DNA of 64,000 nt from Hyphochytrium catenoides (Eukaryota; Protista; Hyphochytriomycota), in the NCBI GenBank assembly GCA_900088475.1, contig FLMG01000284.1, positions 48,951 through 112,950 of the forward strand, written 5' to 3'. Position 1 is the first letter of the stretch, and each line of letters starts with the position of its first letter. The notes below the pieces were generated by a model. That model did not search any database and was not told where the DNA came from. It saw only the letters and a list, made by a program, of their open reading frames with translations. The position numbers and the translations under genes are program-made. Below, in pieces: positions 38,372 to 49,876 of this stretch.

Positions 38372-38509
38372 GACGCTGGACCTGGACGTGGAACGCAAAA
38401 GAATTGAGCGCGATCATCACGTGCGTGGTAGCCTCAACCCTAGCCGGGACAAGGCCTCCAAACTCCATAAGCAATAAGCAATTGGTTTCACCCATCATCC
38501 TAGTCAAGG

Positions 38510-40112
38510 ATGATTGCTGGCGTAGCTGGAACGATAGTGGGCAAGCGAAGGGATCAGATACTCACCTACGGGAGTCATAGTGCTAGGGGTAAAGATGATA
38601 CTGGGCCAACATGCTTGACGGCCACGTTGCTTGGCCTTCTGGCAGTTGGTTTTTTGGCGTTCTCCTTTTCGCTGGCTGGAGAAGGGGTCTATGATAAAAG
38701 GGGACATGCCGTGGAAGCTTATAACGCTGCCGTGGCGAACTGGAAGGCGGAATACCCAGACTTCTCCACGACAAAGGTAATCTTCTATCAAACCAGCAGA
38801 CCTGACTCAGTAAGCGCTGATCGTGATCGACCAGTTCTTCTTGTCCTCTGCCATTAGAGAAGATATCAAGATTCCCCTGACTCCAGATTCCTCTGAGAAG
38901 TTGGACCTTGCAAAGGGAGATGAGGAATCCTTGGAAGACTATATACCTCTGCTATACAAGTTGCAGAACCGCTCACAAATCCAGGACCTCATTCCGCCTA
39001 GTAAGCTCAGCAAGTGCTACCCTGATTCAGTATCGTCAACCTAAAGCGTCCTTCCTTGACCTACGGGCAGCATCTTTCGTGGACAGTTCTCTTGCAAAGC
39101 AGGTTGATCTTGTACTCATTGCAGAATACTCTGTTGAGGATACCTCGACGCCTATAATTTCTAGGATGGAAATGTCGCCTGTATGGACGGCGAAGACACA
39201 GTTAGTGCCTGTTTCTCCGCCGAATCAAGCGAACAAGTGCATCTACCAACAAAAAGGAACCTTTGCCTCTGAACAGTATAAATGTACCCAGTATCTCACT
39301 CTCGCAAGCGCCTGCATCCAGGTTGGTCTCCAGATTTCCCCCCTCCCCTTTTATTTCCTGTTTGGCTTGCTGAAGATTTCCCTGGTATATGAACAGGTTA
39401 AATTTAGTCCAGGAAGTATGAACTGGAGCTTGGCTCGTCAAGCTCCAGGGTTAGACCAGTTCGGTTGCTTTAAGAGTCCGAACTCAGAGTCCTGGAGCGC
39501 GTATGTATACAGTCTGGTACGCTTGTTGCAAAAATCGAGGATAGAAGTGTGAACCCCTCGTAATGATTTTGGTTGACTCTGGATCCTCCTTAATCTACTT
39601 TTCCTTCATCATCTACAGGCGCCAGCAATAGTCTTTTCGCCTCAAACCGGCAGCAGCCCTCCCGATGAGACGTTCTACTTCAATAACTTTGGCTTCACTC
39701 TAAGATCCTCTTCGGACATGCTTTTAGCCGCTAGAAATATCACGGGCAGTAGCGATCTCTACTTGGGAATGCCTCAAAAAAGCGCTGAGACATTAGCCAT
39801 CGTGTTCCTCGTCTTGGGAGTGGTAAGCTTGATCGTGCCATTGCAGATGCCTATTCCATTTTGATCGCTGACGTTGTCATTATCCAGATATGCTCCATTA
39901 ACCCTGTACTTTACATTCACGGACTAGTCCACAAGCGCAAGGTTGTAGTTGACAATGCTCAGTCTGCAGATGATAAGGCTGTTTTTACTGGGATGCCGGA
40001 TATCTTTATTACCAATGTTGACGAGGGAAATATTGACGATGATGCTGATACATCACATCACCGATCAAGTCGGCATCGAGAAAACGGTAGCGCTATGAGG
40101 TTTAGCCTATAG
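38510..40112 (+). CDS. Uncharacterised two-TM protein with a Cys-containing luminal/extracellular loop, 6 exons
   Basis: In-frame GT-AG splicing. TM1 is LTATLLGLLAVGFLAFSFSL and TM2 is LAIVFLVLGVICSINPVLYI. The loop carries Cys motifs (KCIYQQKGTF, KCTQYLTLASACIQV, FGCF). Confidence 0.75.
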
Positions 40113-40590
40113 TCCATTAACATAAAGACCTACGCAAGTATGAAATGTTAGCAAGGTAGCGACATTAGTAGAAAAATTTCTTATCAATTTATTTGGCTCT
40201 TTAGCTAATGCCTTTATAAATTACCCGGGTGATGAACAAGAAAGAAGAAAGACAGAAAATAACGAGAAAGAAACAAAAGATAGGATACTGGGAGGAGAAG
40301 AAGGAGTCGTGATCCAAGAGCTAAGAAGCAGCAGATTTTTTACCTCTTCTTCTACGAACGTTATAAATAAAGGACGAATCATAGCTGATCTTAGAAAGAA
40401 AAAGTAGGAACACTTCCACTTAGTGATATCAAGGTCGACACTCTAGGAGTACTACTTATCTCGAAGAAGAAAGAGAAGAAGGAAGAAAGTGAAGGGAAAA
40501 AAATAGAGTAGGAGAAGAAGAAGAAGAAAGAGTTTGTAAAAAATGACAAGAGCTTCGACACTTTAGTTAACCCTTCTTCCTACTGCTTTT

Positions 40591-40880
40591 TCCTGCGAGA
40601 GTTGACCCTGGCGCCGTTGACGGAATATGAACCATTCTAACTCTAACTGTGATCGTTTTCACGATCATTTTGGCGACTTTTATTAATCAAAAGACCGCAG
40701 TTGTTGGCCATCGGAGAAATAGTGACCTTTCTCCGTACAGATGTCAATGAGTGACCTTGCTACGGAAGTGCTTCACAGGAAGACAGAAGAGACACTTGCC
40801 TGCCTCTACAAGGAGTTCTACCCATTCACAATCGGGTAGAGCTTGTGGTTCACGGCTCATCATGCCACAGTAGGCCACTC
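40591..40880. other. Cluster of inverted repeats (candidate structured RNA or palindromic promoter)
   Basis: Stems: gtgatcgt/acgatcat, ctttt/aaaag, cggagaaa/tttctccg, tctaccc/gggtaga, cgttgac/gtcaatg and ttcctg/caggaa. Confidence 0.3.
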
Positions 40881-41650
40881 TGTCTCACACACCATCATTC
40901 ACCATCCACAGTCCCTCTCTATCTCCCACTAAGTCTGTCTTGGGCTCTGTCTCATCTTTCCACTGTCTTTGATTATCCCCCTCAACTTCTTGCTCTTCGT
41001 CTCTTTCGTCCCTCTTTCTTCCTCTCCCTTGCGATAATACCCACCCAGACCACAGTCATCGAACCTAGCCGAACAGTAGTCCTTGTTATTACACCGCTAA
41101 CATTCTAAACCCACGCATTCCGAATCCAAGCGAGATGGAGACGCTCAGAGGCAGCATTAGACAGCGTGTATCAGGGATCTGAAGGTTATTTGAGGCACAG
41201 TATGCCCACCCATCACAGTGCTCAAAATACCCCGATAGGCTGTTCCTTTGTTCTATTTGTGCCGTTTGCACACCTTCGACTTCAAGCTTTTCGTCGCCAA
41301 TAGTCCGCAATCCTTTATTATTAGCGACTGGTCATCAGCCAGGGGAGTGGCAGGTTTGTTAGCGCTTTATTATGACTGTACAACGGCAGCAGGACCGATG
41401 ACTGATGAGTGATGAGGACTGACGACTGTCCTGTCCGTTCAAACCTTCCAAGATCTGATCACAGTCTCTTATTTACCAGCTAACTCGCTACCTGGGGCAA
41501 CCACCTCTAGTCTGAGCCGGGAGTTACCTTCCGGATGGTCGGGTTTAGGAGTCCCTGACGCTCCGCCGCTGTGTTTCGTCACTAAGTGCTGGCGATTATC
41601 AAGACCGGAGCCAGACGTCCTGTCGACGAAGGAGGTGACTTATAGGCAGG

Positions 41651-42229
41651 ATGGTGGCCATTAAGACTACCTCTCACACCTACAAGTATGGCTGGGATCT
41701 TGTCACGACAGCTTTCTGGAACAAGTATCCCAATCCCAACCTGCCACATGTGGAGAGCAGCGATGTTATTGACAGATACATAGACAAGCAAGGCCGTTTG
41801 CACACTGCCAGAATTGCCAGATGTCGCCAGGATATCCCCAGCTTTGCGCAGGGCTTCTTTGGCAAGCACTGCTTTGTTTTTGAGGAGTCGGTAGTCGACG
41901 CGGACACGAAAACGTTGACGCTGAAGACAAAAAACGTGTCCTACTCCAACATGTTTCAAGTAGAGGAGACCTGCACTTATAGACCCCACGCAGACAACAA
42001 GGAGTGGACGGAGTATAAGCAACAGGCGCAGATTACGGCATTCATTCCCTTTCTTTCGAAGAAGCTGGAGCAATTCTCTGTCAAGGCGGGCAACTCCAAC
42101 GCCATGAAGGGACTCCATACAATGGAAACCATCTGTAAGGATCTGTTTGAAGGAAAGTTCATCAGCTCCTATACTTTCTGTGACGGTGACAACGCCTCGA
42201 ACGAGGGATCTGGAGCTCAGCGCTCCTGA
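41651..42229 (+). CDS. PRELI/MSF1-domain mitochondrial phospholipid transfer protein (Ups/PRELID family), intronless CDS
   Basis: HTYKYGWDLVTTAFWNKYPNPNLPHVESSDVIDR...LHTARI...EESVVD...VEETCTYRPHADNKEWTEYKQQAQI. Confidence 0.95.
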   Translation: MVAIKTTSHTYKYGWDLVTTAFWNKYPNPNLPHVESSDVIDRYIDKQGRLHTARIARCRQDIPSFAQGFFGKHCFVFEESVVDADTKTLTLKTKNVSYSNMFQVEETCTYRPHADNKEWTEYKQQAQITAFIPFLSKKLEQFSVKAGNSNAMKGLHTMETICKDLFEGKFISSYTFCDGDNASNEGSGAQRS

Positions 42230-42770
42230 GACTTAAGATTAGTTGAAATATTTGTTTTAGGTAGTGGCGAATCAGCATCTCGCTAGTTTATTTATATTAT
42301 TTAACCTCAGAGTCATCATGGCCATGGCGGTATGGACATTACCGTGGCCGAGTTGAACTTTGGTGACAGGAGGGCGGCACATAGGACCCTCGTACCCCAG
42401 AAGGAGTCCATATCTCCGCCGACAAGGCTTTATGCATCAATAACAATAGCATTTTATATGATCAGTTAAACTCTTCCCTAAAAATAGGCCCCATCCAGCT
42501 GCCTTTCTGATAGTTTGTGTGCAACGAGTTGCAGCCTTGATCAGTGGCGATATCTAGGTCCTTCTCAAAGTAGCTGAAAGGCCTAAAGAGGATCCTGTCA
42601 TGGGCAAGGGAAAGGAATGGCGTGAATATCACTTCTTGGACTCCTCTTGCAATCCTACTTCTTGAGAGTCGTTGGGCGGTGGTAAATGTCCAATGACTGT
42701 GCGGTCTGGTGCCCATATGTAATCAGTGAATGTACCCTACTTGTTCTGTGCGGCCGTGACTTGCACAGCC

Positions 42771-43554
42771 TCAAAGGTATTGAGCTCGCTTTCCGGCAGA
42801 GATCTCATCGAAGAAAGCGAGGCAGCTCTTCTGCTTATAGAGGGTCTTCCGCACCGACCTTCTGGCTAGCAGGTATTCTTGAGCTGCCTTAGGAGAGAGC
42901 GTCTTCTTTAGCATCACCCAGCAGAACGCAATCGCTGCAGAGCGCCCATTCCCACCCTTGCAGTGCACCAACACTCTCTGGTTCTTTGAGGCCTCCTTCT
43001 CGATCACGTCCATGCACATTCTGATGGTCTCTAACGTTGGTTCGCAGTGGTCCTATGACAGAAAATAAGTCTTAGCACCTAGCAGCAACAAGGTGAGTGT
43101 TAGGTAAGGCTTACTATTGTTCGAAGGTGGACTTGGCGAATGTCGTTCTGCCTGTACAGGCCCACCGGTCCGCTATACTCATCGCACAAGTTGATCACGG
43201 TGCTAACGCCCAGCTCCCGCAGCTTCTTAGGATGGTCTGAGGTCAACCAGAAGATAGAATTTGTCGGTGGCGCAAATAACTTAAGAGGCTTGTCTAAAGG
43301 CCGAAGGTGAAAGGTCAACTGTTACCTAGAAATGCCAAGGGCACTGCACCAACTAGAAGATGATCGTCCACGGGAGTCCAATAGTTCTTCCGTCGGCTAA
43401 GGTAGGTCAACGGTAACGTTGGTAGAAAGTAAGCGCGTGACAGATAACGTCCTATGGAAGGAGGGAAAAAGTGCTTCTGAAGGAGAATGTAGACGAGTAC
43501 GATCACAGCGAGGCTGATGGCCATTACCCATGGCACTTCTCCCATCAGCACCAT
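42771..43554 (-). CDS. PTPMT1: PTPMT1-like phosphatidylglycerophosphatase (dual-specificity phosphatase), 3 exons
   Basis: RAYFLPTLP...NYWTPVDDHLLVGAVP, GVSTVINLCDEY, TI/DHCEP, and active site VLVHCKGGNGRSA. It has an N-terminal hydrophobic anchor. Confidence 0.85.
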
Positions 43555-44406
43555 GAATATATTTGCAGAGAGGTTCAATGGAGACAGGATAAAGAGCGGC
43601 CACGTGCTTGCAAAGGTCGACATCTAGAGGCTCCTCTCGAACGATACCTCCGCTGGGACTAAGAGCAGTGTTGGATCTCAAGCTCTATAGCTACTGGGGA
43701 CTGTTCTACTTACACCAGTGGGACTCAAAACTCCACGCTCTACGCCGCCAACTAATCTTTCAAGCAAGCAGAGAGCCAAAGCATGTCAGCTAGTAGCTGG
43801 CCCATGGCCGAACTCACAAGCACGAGGACCCCGCTGCACTCCTCCCATCCCCAACAATGATCATCAGTTCCAAACACAAGCACCTTCCCTTGTAGCCTTT
43901 ACACTGTATGGGGTCTGAACTTGAAGGGGAAGAAAAACGCCCCTGAGCCCCTATTCCTGATAAGCACCACCAAATGGGTCTACAATCCCAGATTATTATG
44001 ACAACATTATAAATATGTACATGTGGCGCGCCATCAAGAGAAGAGAAGATTGTAGATGAGTTCCATGTCCTTTCGAGTCGTCTGGCGCCGGATCTACAGC
44101 AGGCACGGGGCACGGCCAAGCGCAGCGCTGCAAGGTGGCGCCTATGCCGCCTCCTCTCTTTTGCTCTAGCCGATAGACTCTCTCGGCGTCCCGCATTGCG
44201 CTCTTGCTATCCGACAGGTAAGAACTACTCTTCTTTCCTGCTCGCTTTGTTCATATTCTCACGCCTCATCAGACTGAGTGGCGCGGTCCATCGTCACGTC
44301 CCGAGTAAGGCAAACGCCTCCGGGCGCATAGGCGATAGTCGCGGAGCTTGGACAGGACATTTATTGGATATATAGGCGGTCTTTAAGGCGGAGAGCGTGA
44401 TCTAGG

Positions 44407-47400
44407 ATGGTGCTGTCTACTTGCCTGAGAGCCTGGGCCATGCTTGTGATATGCGCTCTGCTCATTCTACGGAAAGGCAGTCTTGGTCCGTGCCCCAGAT
44501 TCTTCCTCTAAATATATGAGAAATTTGTGTTGCTAATATCCTCCCTTCAGCTTCTGTCTGCATCAATCACTGCTCGGGACATGGAAGCTGTTTGAACTAC
44601 ACATGCCATTGCGAACTCGGTTACTATGGCGAGGACTGCAGATTAGGTACTCTTTGGTTCGCCAGTCCACAAGGGTCACTACTTCTGGGTTGAAGCCCTA
44701 ACACTTATCTGACTCATAGCGGTCACTAAGGAGAACGACGTTCTCCCCATTCTCTCTGCCGGAAGCTTCAATCTGACCGGGCGCAACTTCAGCAAGACTG
44801 TCAGCAAGAAACAGAAGCTCGCTTTCGTTGCCTTCTCTTCACCTTCCTGCCAGAAATGCATCGCCTTTGAGAGAGACTATCAAAACTTTACTGAGGGACT
44901 GAGCCCTTATAATGTGCGGTCTATCTGCTTTTGGTTTTTTAGCTCGACTCTCTTGCTGACTGTTCTGAACAGGTCCCCCTCGCCAGAGTTAATGCGGATA
45001 AGGAGACGGCGCTTGTGAGAGAGCACTGTGGAAAAGACGCACTGCTACCCTGCATTGTGGCCTTTAGAGCGGGCAGGAGAATCAACTACCGTGGGGGGCA
45101 GACTGCAAAGGAGCTGCTGGGTTTTGCTTTGAAGCTCCTAGCTCCAAGCGTTACGAAGCTCCAAGCACAAAGTGCTGTCGCTCGCTTCTTATCTCCAGCG
45201 GAAGACGATCCCACCGACGACGTGAATGTAACCAGGGGCAGTGCTTATCGCCCAGTTTCTTCCTTGGCTGACAAGCGGTACCGGTGTATTCCTTTCCCCC
45301 TTCACTTCTCAGGTTATTGGATTCTTCTCGGACCCTTCAGGGATGGAGGAAGATGAGTATGAAGACTTCAAAGAGGCGGCAGCCCGTGTGCATCACATTG
45401 TATGCAACTCCTCTTTTGTTCTGTCGTCCCTATCGTTCCCAGCTAAAGTCTAACCCCCGACCCACGTCATCATCCAGCATAATATTCATGTTCGAGAAGT
45501 TACTGACGTCGACCTGGCTGAGAGCTTCAAGCGACAGCAATGGTTTTTTCGCACTCCCGCGGTAGTGCTCAAGAAGTGAGGCTCTTCAAACCCGCAGCTC
45601 ATAGTATCTGTTTGCTTGTTTATACCTCTCTATTCAAGAGCTTCCTTAGCCTTCTGGGATCTTTATCTGAAACAATCTTTCATCTCTGAACCCCCCTTCC
45701 CATACCGCAGAAGGGGACTTCCGCTCAAATCCTTGCAATTGGCAGAGTTCTTTGACGAATCACAGTCCCTTTACGACTGGATCCTTAAGGTGAGACCTCA
45801 TCATCTCCATTGTGATGTTCCCCATTATCTTAGCGTTAGGTGTCTTTGGTCCGTGGTCACTCTTTCTTGCCGCTCTTGTGTAGCCTTGCCGCCAAGGTTC
45901 TTGGAGCTCTCTCCTGCTCTTTCAAAACTGTGTCTCGTACCCTCTCTCTTCAAATATCAACCTTGCTTGTTCTTTATGTGCCTTACAGCCACTTTCACTG
46001 CCCTCTAACTATTCTCAACCTCATGATCTAAGAGTCAGTCATCAACTTCCTCACGCATTCTAACTTACCCTCACGTATTCTAACTTACTCTCACGTATTC
46101 TAACTTACCCTCACCATTCTCTGCAGAACAGTGTCCCGCTGCTTGGCGAGCTCACAGAAGCAACTTTTTCATTCTATGAGAAGCTGTCTTTACCAATGCT
46201 TATGCTGTTTCTAGACGTCCAGAGTACGAGCACCGCACTTACCGCTCTGTCTCTATCTCCTAATCGGCATCAATGTATACGCCACAAACCTGGCCAGGTT
46301 CCGAAGGCTGACAGCGATCTGCAGCTTACCATTTCCTCTTCTCGAATCTCTCCTCAATGTCTCCTCCCAGAATGGTTGCTTCAGTTGATGTCCGTTATGG
46401 TAGCACTTTTCAGACAGTCTAACCTTCGCTCTCTTGATAGGCCAGGTTACAGGGGGAATAAGGAACTCCTTGCTCCTGGAGCACTTTGAGGACGCCGCCC
46501 GTGAATACGTGAGTTCACGCTTGCAGAGAAGGCGCTGGCTTGTAGCTAAGGAAGGGCAGACAGAGGGGGACGAAAACATGCAAGAGTGAGAACAAAGCAC
46601 GGAGACGATGCTCACTTGGTCCTTCACAGGATGGTAAAATAACGTTTGTCTATTGCGATGGGGTGCGGTTCGCAGACAAGATGAAAGTACTGGGACTGCA
46701 TGGTAGACGAATGTTTGCTGCATCTCGTACCTGTTTGCTGCACCTCGTACCTATTGTGGTTTCTGGAATGATTTTCTTCTCTTCGGCTAGAAGTCGTCTC
46801 AAACCCTAGTGGCCTGCAAGTTCCTATCCCTCCTTGCTGAAAGCAAGCTAACTTATAGACGGACTGTGCAATAGGCGGCACGGAGCGTTTGCCTTCCATC
46901 GCTTTCAATACAAAGGATGGGAAAAACTTTGTTTATCCAGAAGATGTTCCCTTAGACAGGTAACAGACGCACTCTCCTTGTCTTAACCTCTCCTGCAAGG
47001 CCAGGCTCTTTGGCGGACACTCCCCAAATTCCCTGTCTAGAGTGCCTTCCCTTCAATCGTCTCCCTAACGTATGCCTTCCACCAGCGCTAAAATCATGAA
47101 GTTTTGCGCTATGTTTCTCTCGGGTCGGCTCGAAGGTTTGCGAGCAGCAAGAACAGCTCTGATGGAAGTAAAAAGTGGTTCAGACGCGGATCAGCTGACT
47201 GCCAAGCGGAAGCCTAGGAGACAGCCCGTAAAAGAGAAGACCGGAGTTGCTGAGCACTTTCATAAGGGTGACGCAGTCGTAGAGGTGCGGACGCTACTAG
47301 CTGAGACTGTTAAAACAGAACGACATAGCAGAGATATGGGGGGTGGGGGAGGGGGGAGGAGAAGAGAGAGAGAGAGAAGAGAGAGAGAGAGAAAAAAAAA

Positions 47401-48579
47401 TAACTCCCTGCCTTCCTCCCACTCTCCTGTTACTCAGTTCCCTGCTGACGGAGTACAGTGGGCACCCTTCTTCCTGTTTCAGTGGCTGAATTACTCACTG
47501 AGTGCATCTCCCTATACACCCTTCTGCAGATAACAGCAAAGACGTACGACAGCATTGCCCTCGACGAGGATAAGGACGTCCTCATCCTTTTCTATTCTAA
47601 GGTGCCCATTCTCCCTGCTCTGCATCAATTCCTCTCCAACTTATGCTCTCTTCGCGGTTCGTGACCACGTAAGCTAAGGCATCAACATCGTCATTAGATT
47701 CAATGTTTTCGGTGTCTTCGTGCCACACGACTGACTCAACCTTGGTTTAGGTCTGCCAGCCTTGTGCTCACTTAGTACCCTATTATAAGGTAACTGTTCC
47801 CTATACGTTCGCTGGACAGTCATGCACTTAAGATGGAAGGAGCGAGCGAGTAAGGAGCAGGATTGATGGGTACCTACGAGGGGGCGAAGCACGAGTAGCC
47901 TTTAGCCAGGAAGGGGCTCTTGTCTGGACTATCAAATGGATGCATACAGAAAATAACGCTGTCTTTCCTCTCTTTTGCACAGCGCTTGGCCACTCGTTTT
48001 ATGGAGCTCAAAATTCCTTCCGTGGTAATTGCGCGGATGGACCTGACAGATGAAGCAGCGCCTCGTGGAGTTGCAGTGAATGAGCTCCCCACAGTCGTCC
48101 TTCTCCCAGCTGGAACGAAGACGCCTCCCTACCGGTAAGCTAGCTCTAGTGACTGCCCTCAATTCCAGATCCTGAGCACGTGCGACTGTTTGGTGGCGAA
48201 GAAATTCTTGTCTGTAAGGGTGAAGATGGGTTGCGCCGCTTAGGCCTCTTTTGCTCTCACTGCGCCTTCTTGGTCTCCTGGTCTGACTTTATGCACATAA
48301 TGGGCACATATCGAGCGCCTCCTCACATGATAATTACTTGTTCCTATCAAACGCAGCTACTATTCTGGAGTCGGGCGCGTACTCCCCATGATGCAATGGC
48401 TCCAGGCGAATGCTGGAGTTAAGTTCGACCTCCCAGTTCTTCCCCAGTTTGACGAGCCGACCAAGGAGGAATATATACGGCAGCTGACGGAACTAGAGAC
48501 AAGAAAGGCAAAAGAAAGAGGAGAGACTCCTTCACTTTCGACGACGGCAGCAGTAGGAGGCGACAAGGAAGACCTTTGA
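44407..48579 (+). CDS. Protein disulfide-isomerase-like protein with N-terminal EGF-like domain; ER-retention-like KEDL
   Basis: Signal peptide, then CINHCSGHGSCLNYTCHCELGYYGEDC. First thioredoxin domain has SPSCQKC, followed by inactive b-type domains, then a second thioredoxin domain with FYSK/VCQPC. The protein ends GGDKEDL*. Confidence 0.85.
46050..46115 (+). repeat. 20-bp intronic tandem repeat x3.3
   Basis: ctcacg(c/t)attctaacttac(c/t) repeated immediately upstream of the 3' splice site ctgcag (46126). Confidence 0.9.
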
Positions 48580-49876
48580 TAGCCATACTTTGACCCTTTA
48601 GGACTTTTTTGCCATTTTAGCTCCAGGACCCGAAGTAACCCCGGATGTAGGTCGGTCTTTTTGGCAGCCTCCTGGCCTGTGCTGCGACGCCGTGTTCAGG
48701 ACAATGCCGCTTTGATAGGTTATGGATATAATTGGCGACCATTGTGTCACGCTATTATAAATAGTTCCGATAGAGAGAGTTGGACGAACCGATAAGCAGC
48801 TGGGCTGCTACATTGTAGGGGCAACATAATAGTCTTCTAAATTGTTTAGCCCTTCTTTCCTGTCAATCACCACGCAAGGTTCGGCTTCCCAGGCCAGCAT
48901 CCCCACAGAGCGAGTACTTATGGAGCATATTCTACTCTGATTCCTTGGCCCTCTATCTGTGCCAATAGGTCCAGAGGTGCTTCGTAACTCTAATAATGGG
49001 AACATAACGATCATCATACCTACGATCATCCATATTGTTGTCCTGCTGTTATTACTTCTGGCCCTCCCAGCAGTCATGTTCACTCCTTCTGCTCCTCCTC
49101 CTCCTCCAACAATTCTCACAGTCCTTCGCCCTGCAGTATCAGCAGGGGCGGTAGAATCCATTTCTGGCAACGTAGCAACCTGAAGAAGACGGCGACGACG
49201 ACGCTTCATCGACAGAGGAGGAGGAGAGAGGATCCTTTGGCTCGCGCACTGTCCATAGCATCAAACCATGCACACAATCTTATTAGGACAATAACGGCTT
49301 TAGTCGCTAACGTCCAGCAGCGAAAGGCCGCGGTGGATGATATCCCATAGATAAGGTTAGTGCGGCTTGGGTCCTGGCTCCCCCCCTTCTTCCCCCCTCC
49401 GTCGGGGGCGCTGCAGCGGAAGTGTAGGTACGGCGGGAGCAGGAGAGGAGACAGGCGCATGCTGCAGTCAAGCTTCGCTTCCCTCTGGGAGCACTGTCGC
49501 TCCTCTCCTTCCTTCTCCTCTTCTTCGTCCCTGTCTCTTTCCCTCATCAAGAGTCCTTCCTCTAGCCGTCTTTCCTTCCTCTCTATCTCTCTCCCTCTCA
49601 CTCTCCTCTCTATCTCTCGCTCTCCCACCTCATCACTCTACAGCCTGACGCCGAGGATTGCGTCATTTCCTTTATCAAGAGTTGTGAGTGCTCCGCCTCT
49701 CCCTTCGACTTTCCTTACCTACTACTACCAATACCTCATTACCGGCAACTGCAACATATCAACGTCGGGAGGTCCTCCTTCCCTGACCTACTGGTGGGTC
49801 GTGGCCAGGGGCTGCAGCAGGGCGGGGGATCCTCCCACGAATCAGCAGTAGCAATATTTAGAGAAGAAACGAAAAG

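Noticed and set aside
41402-41445. CTGATGAG as a hammerhead ribozyme core
   Set aside because: No GAAA/stem II arrangement follows.
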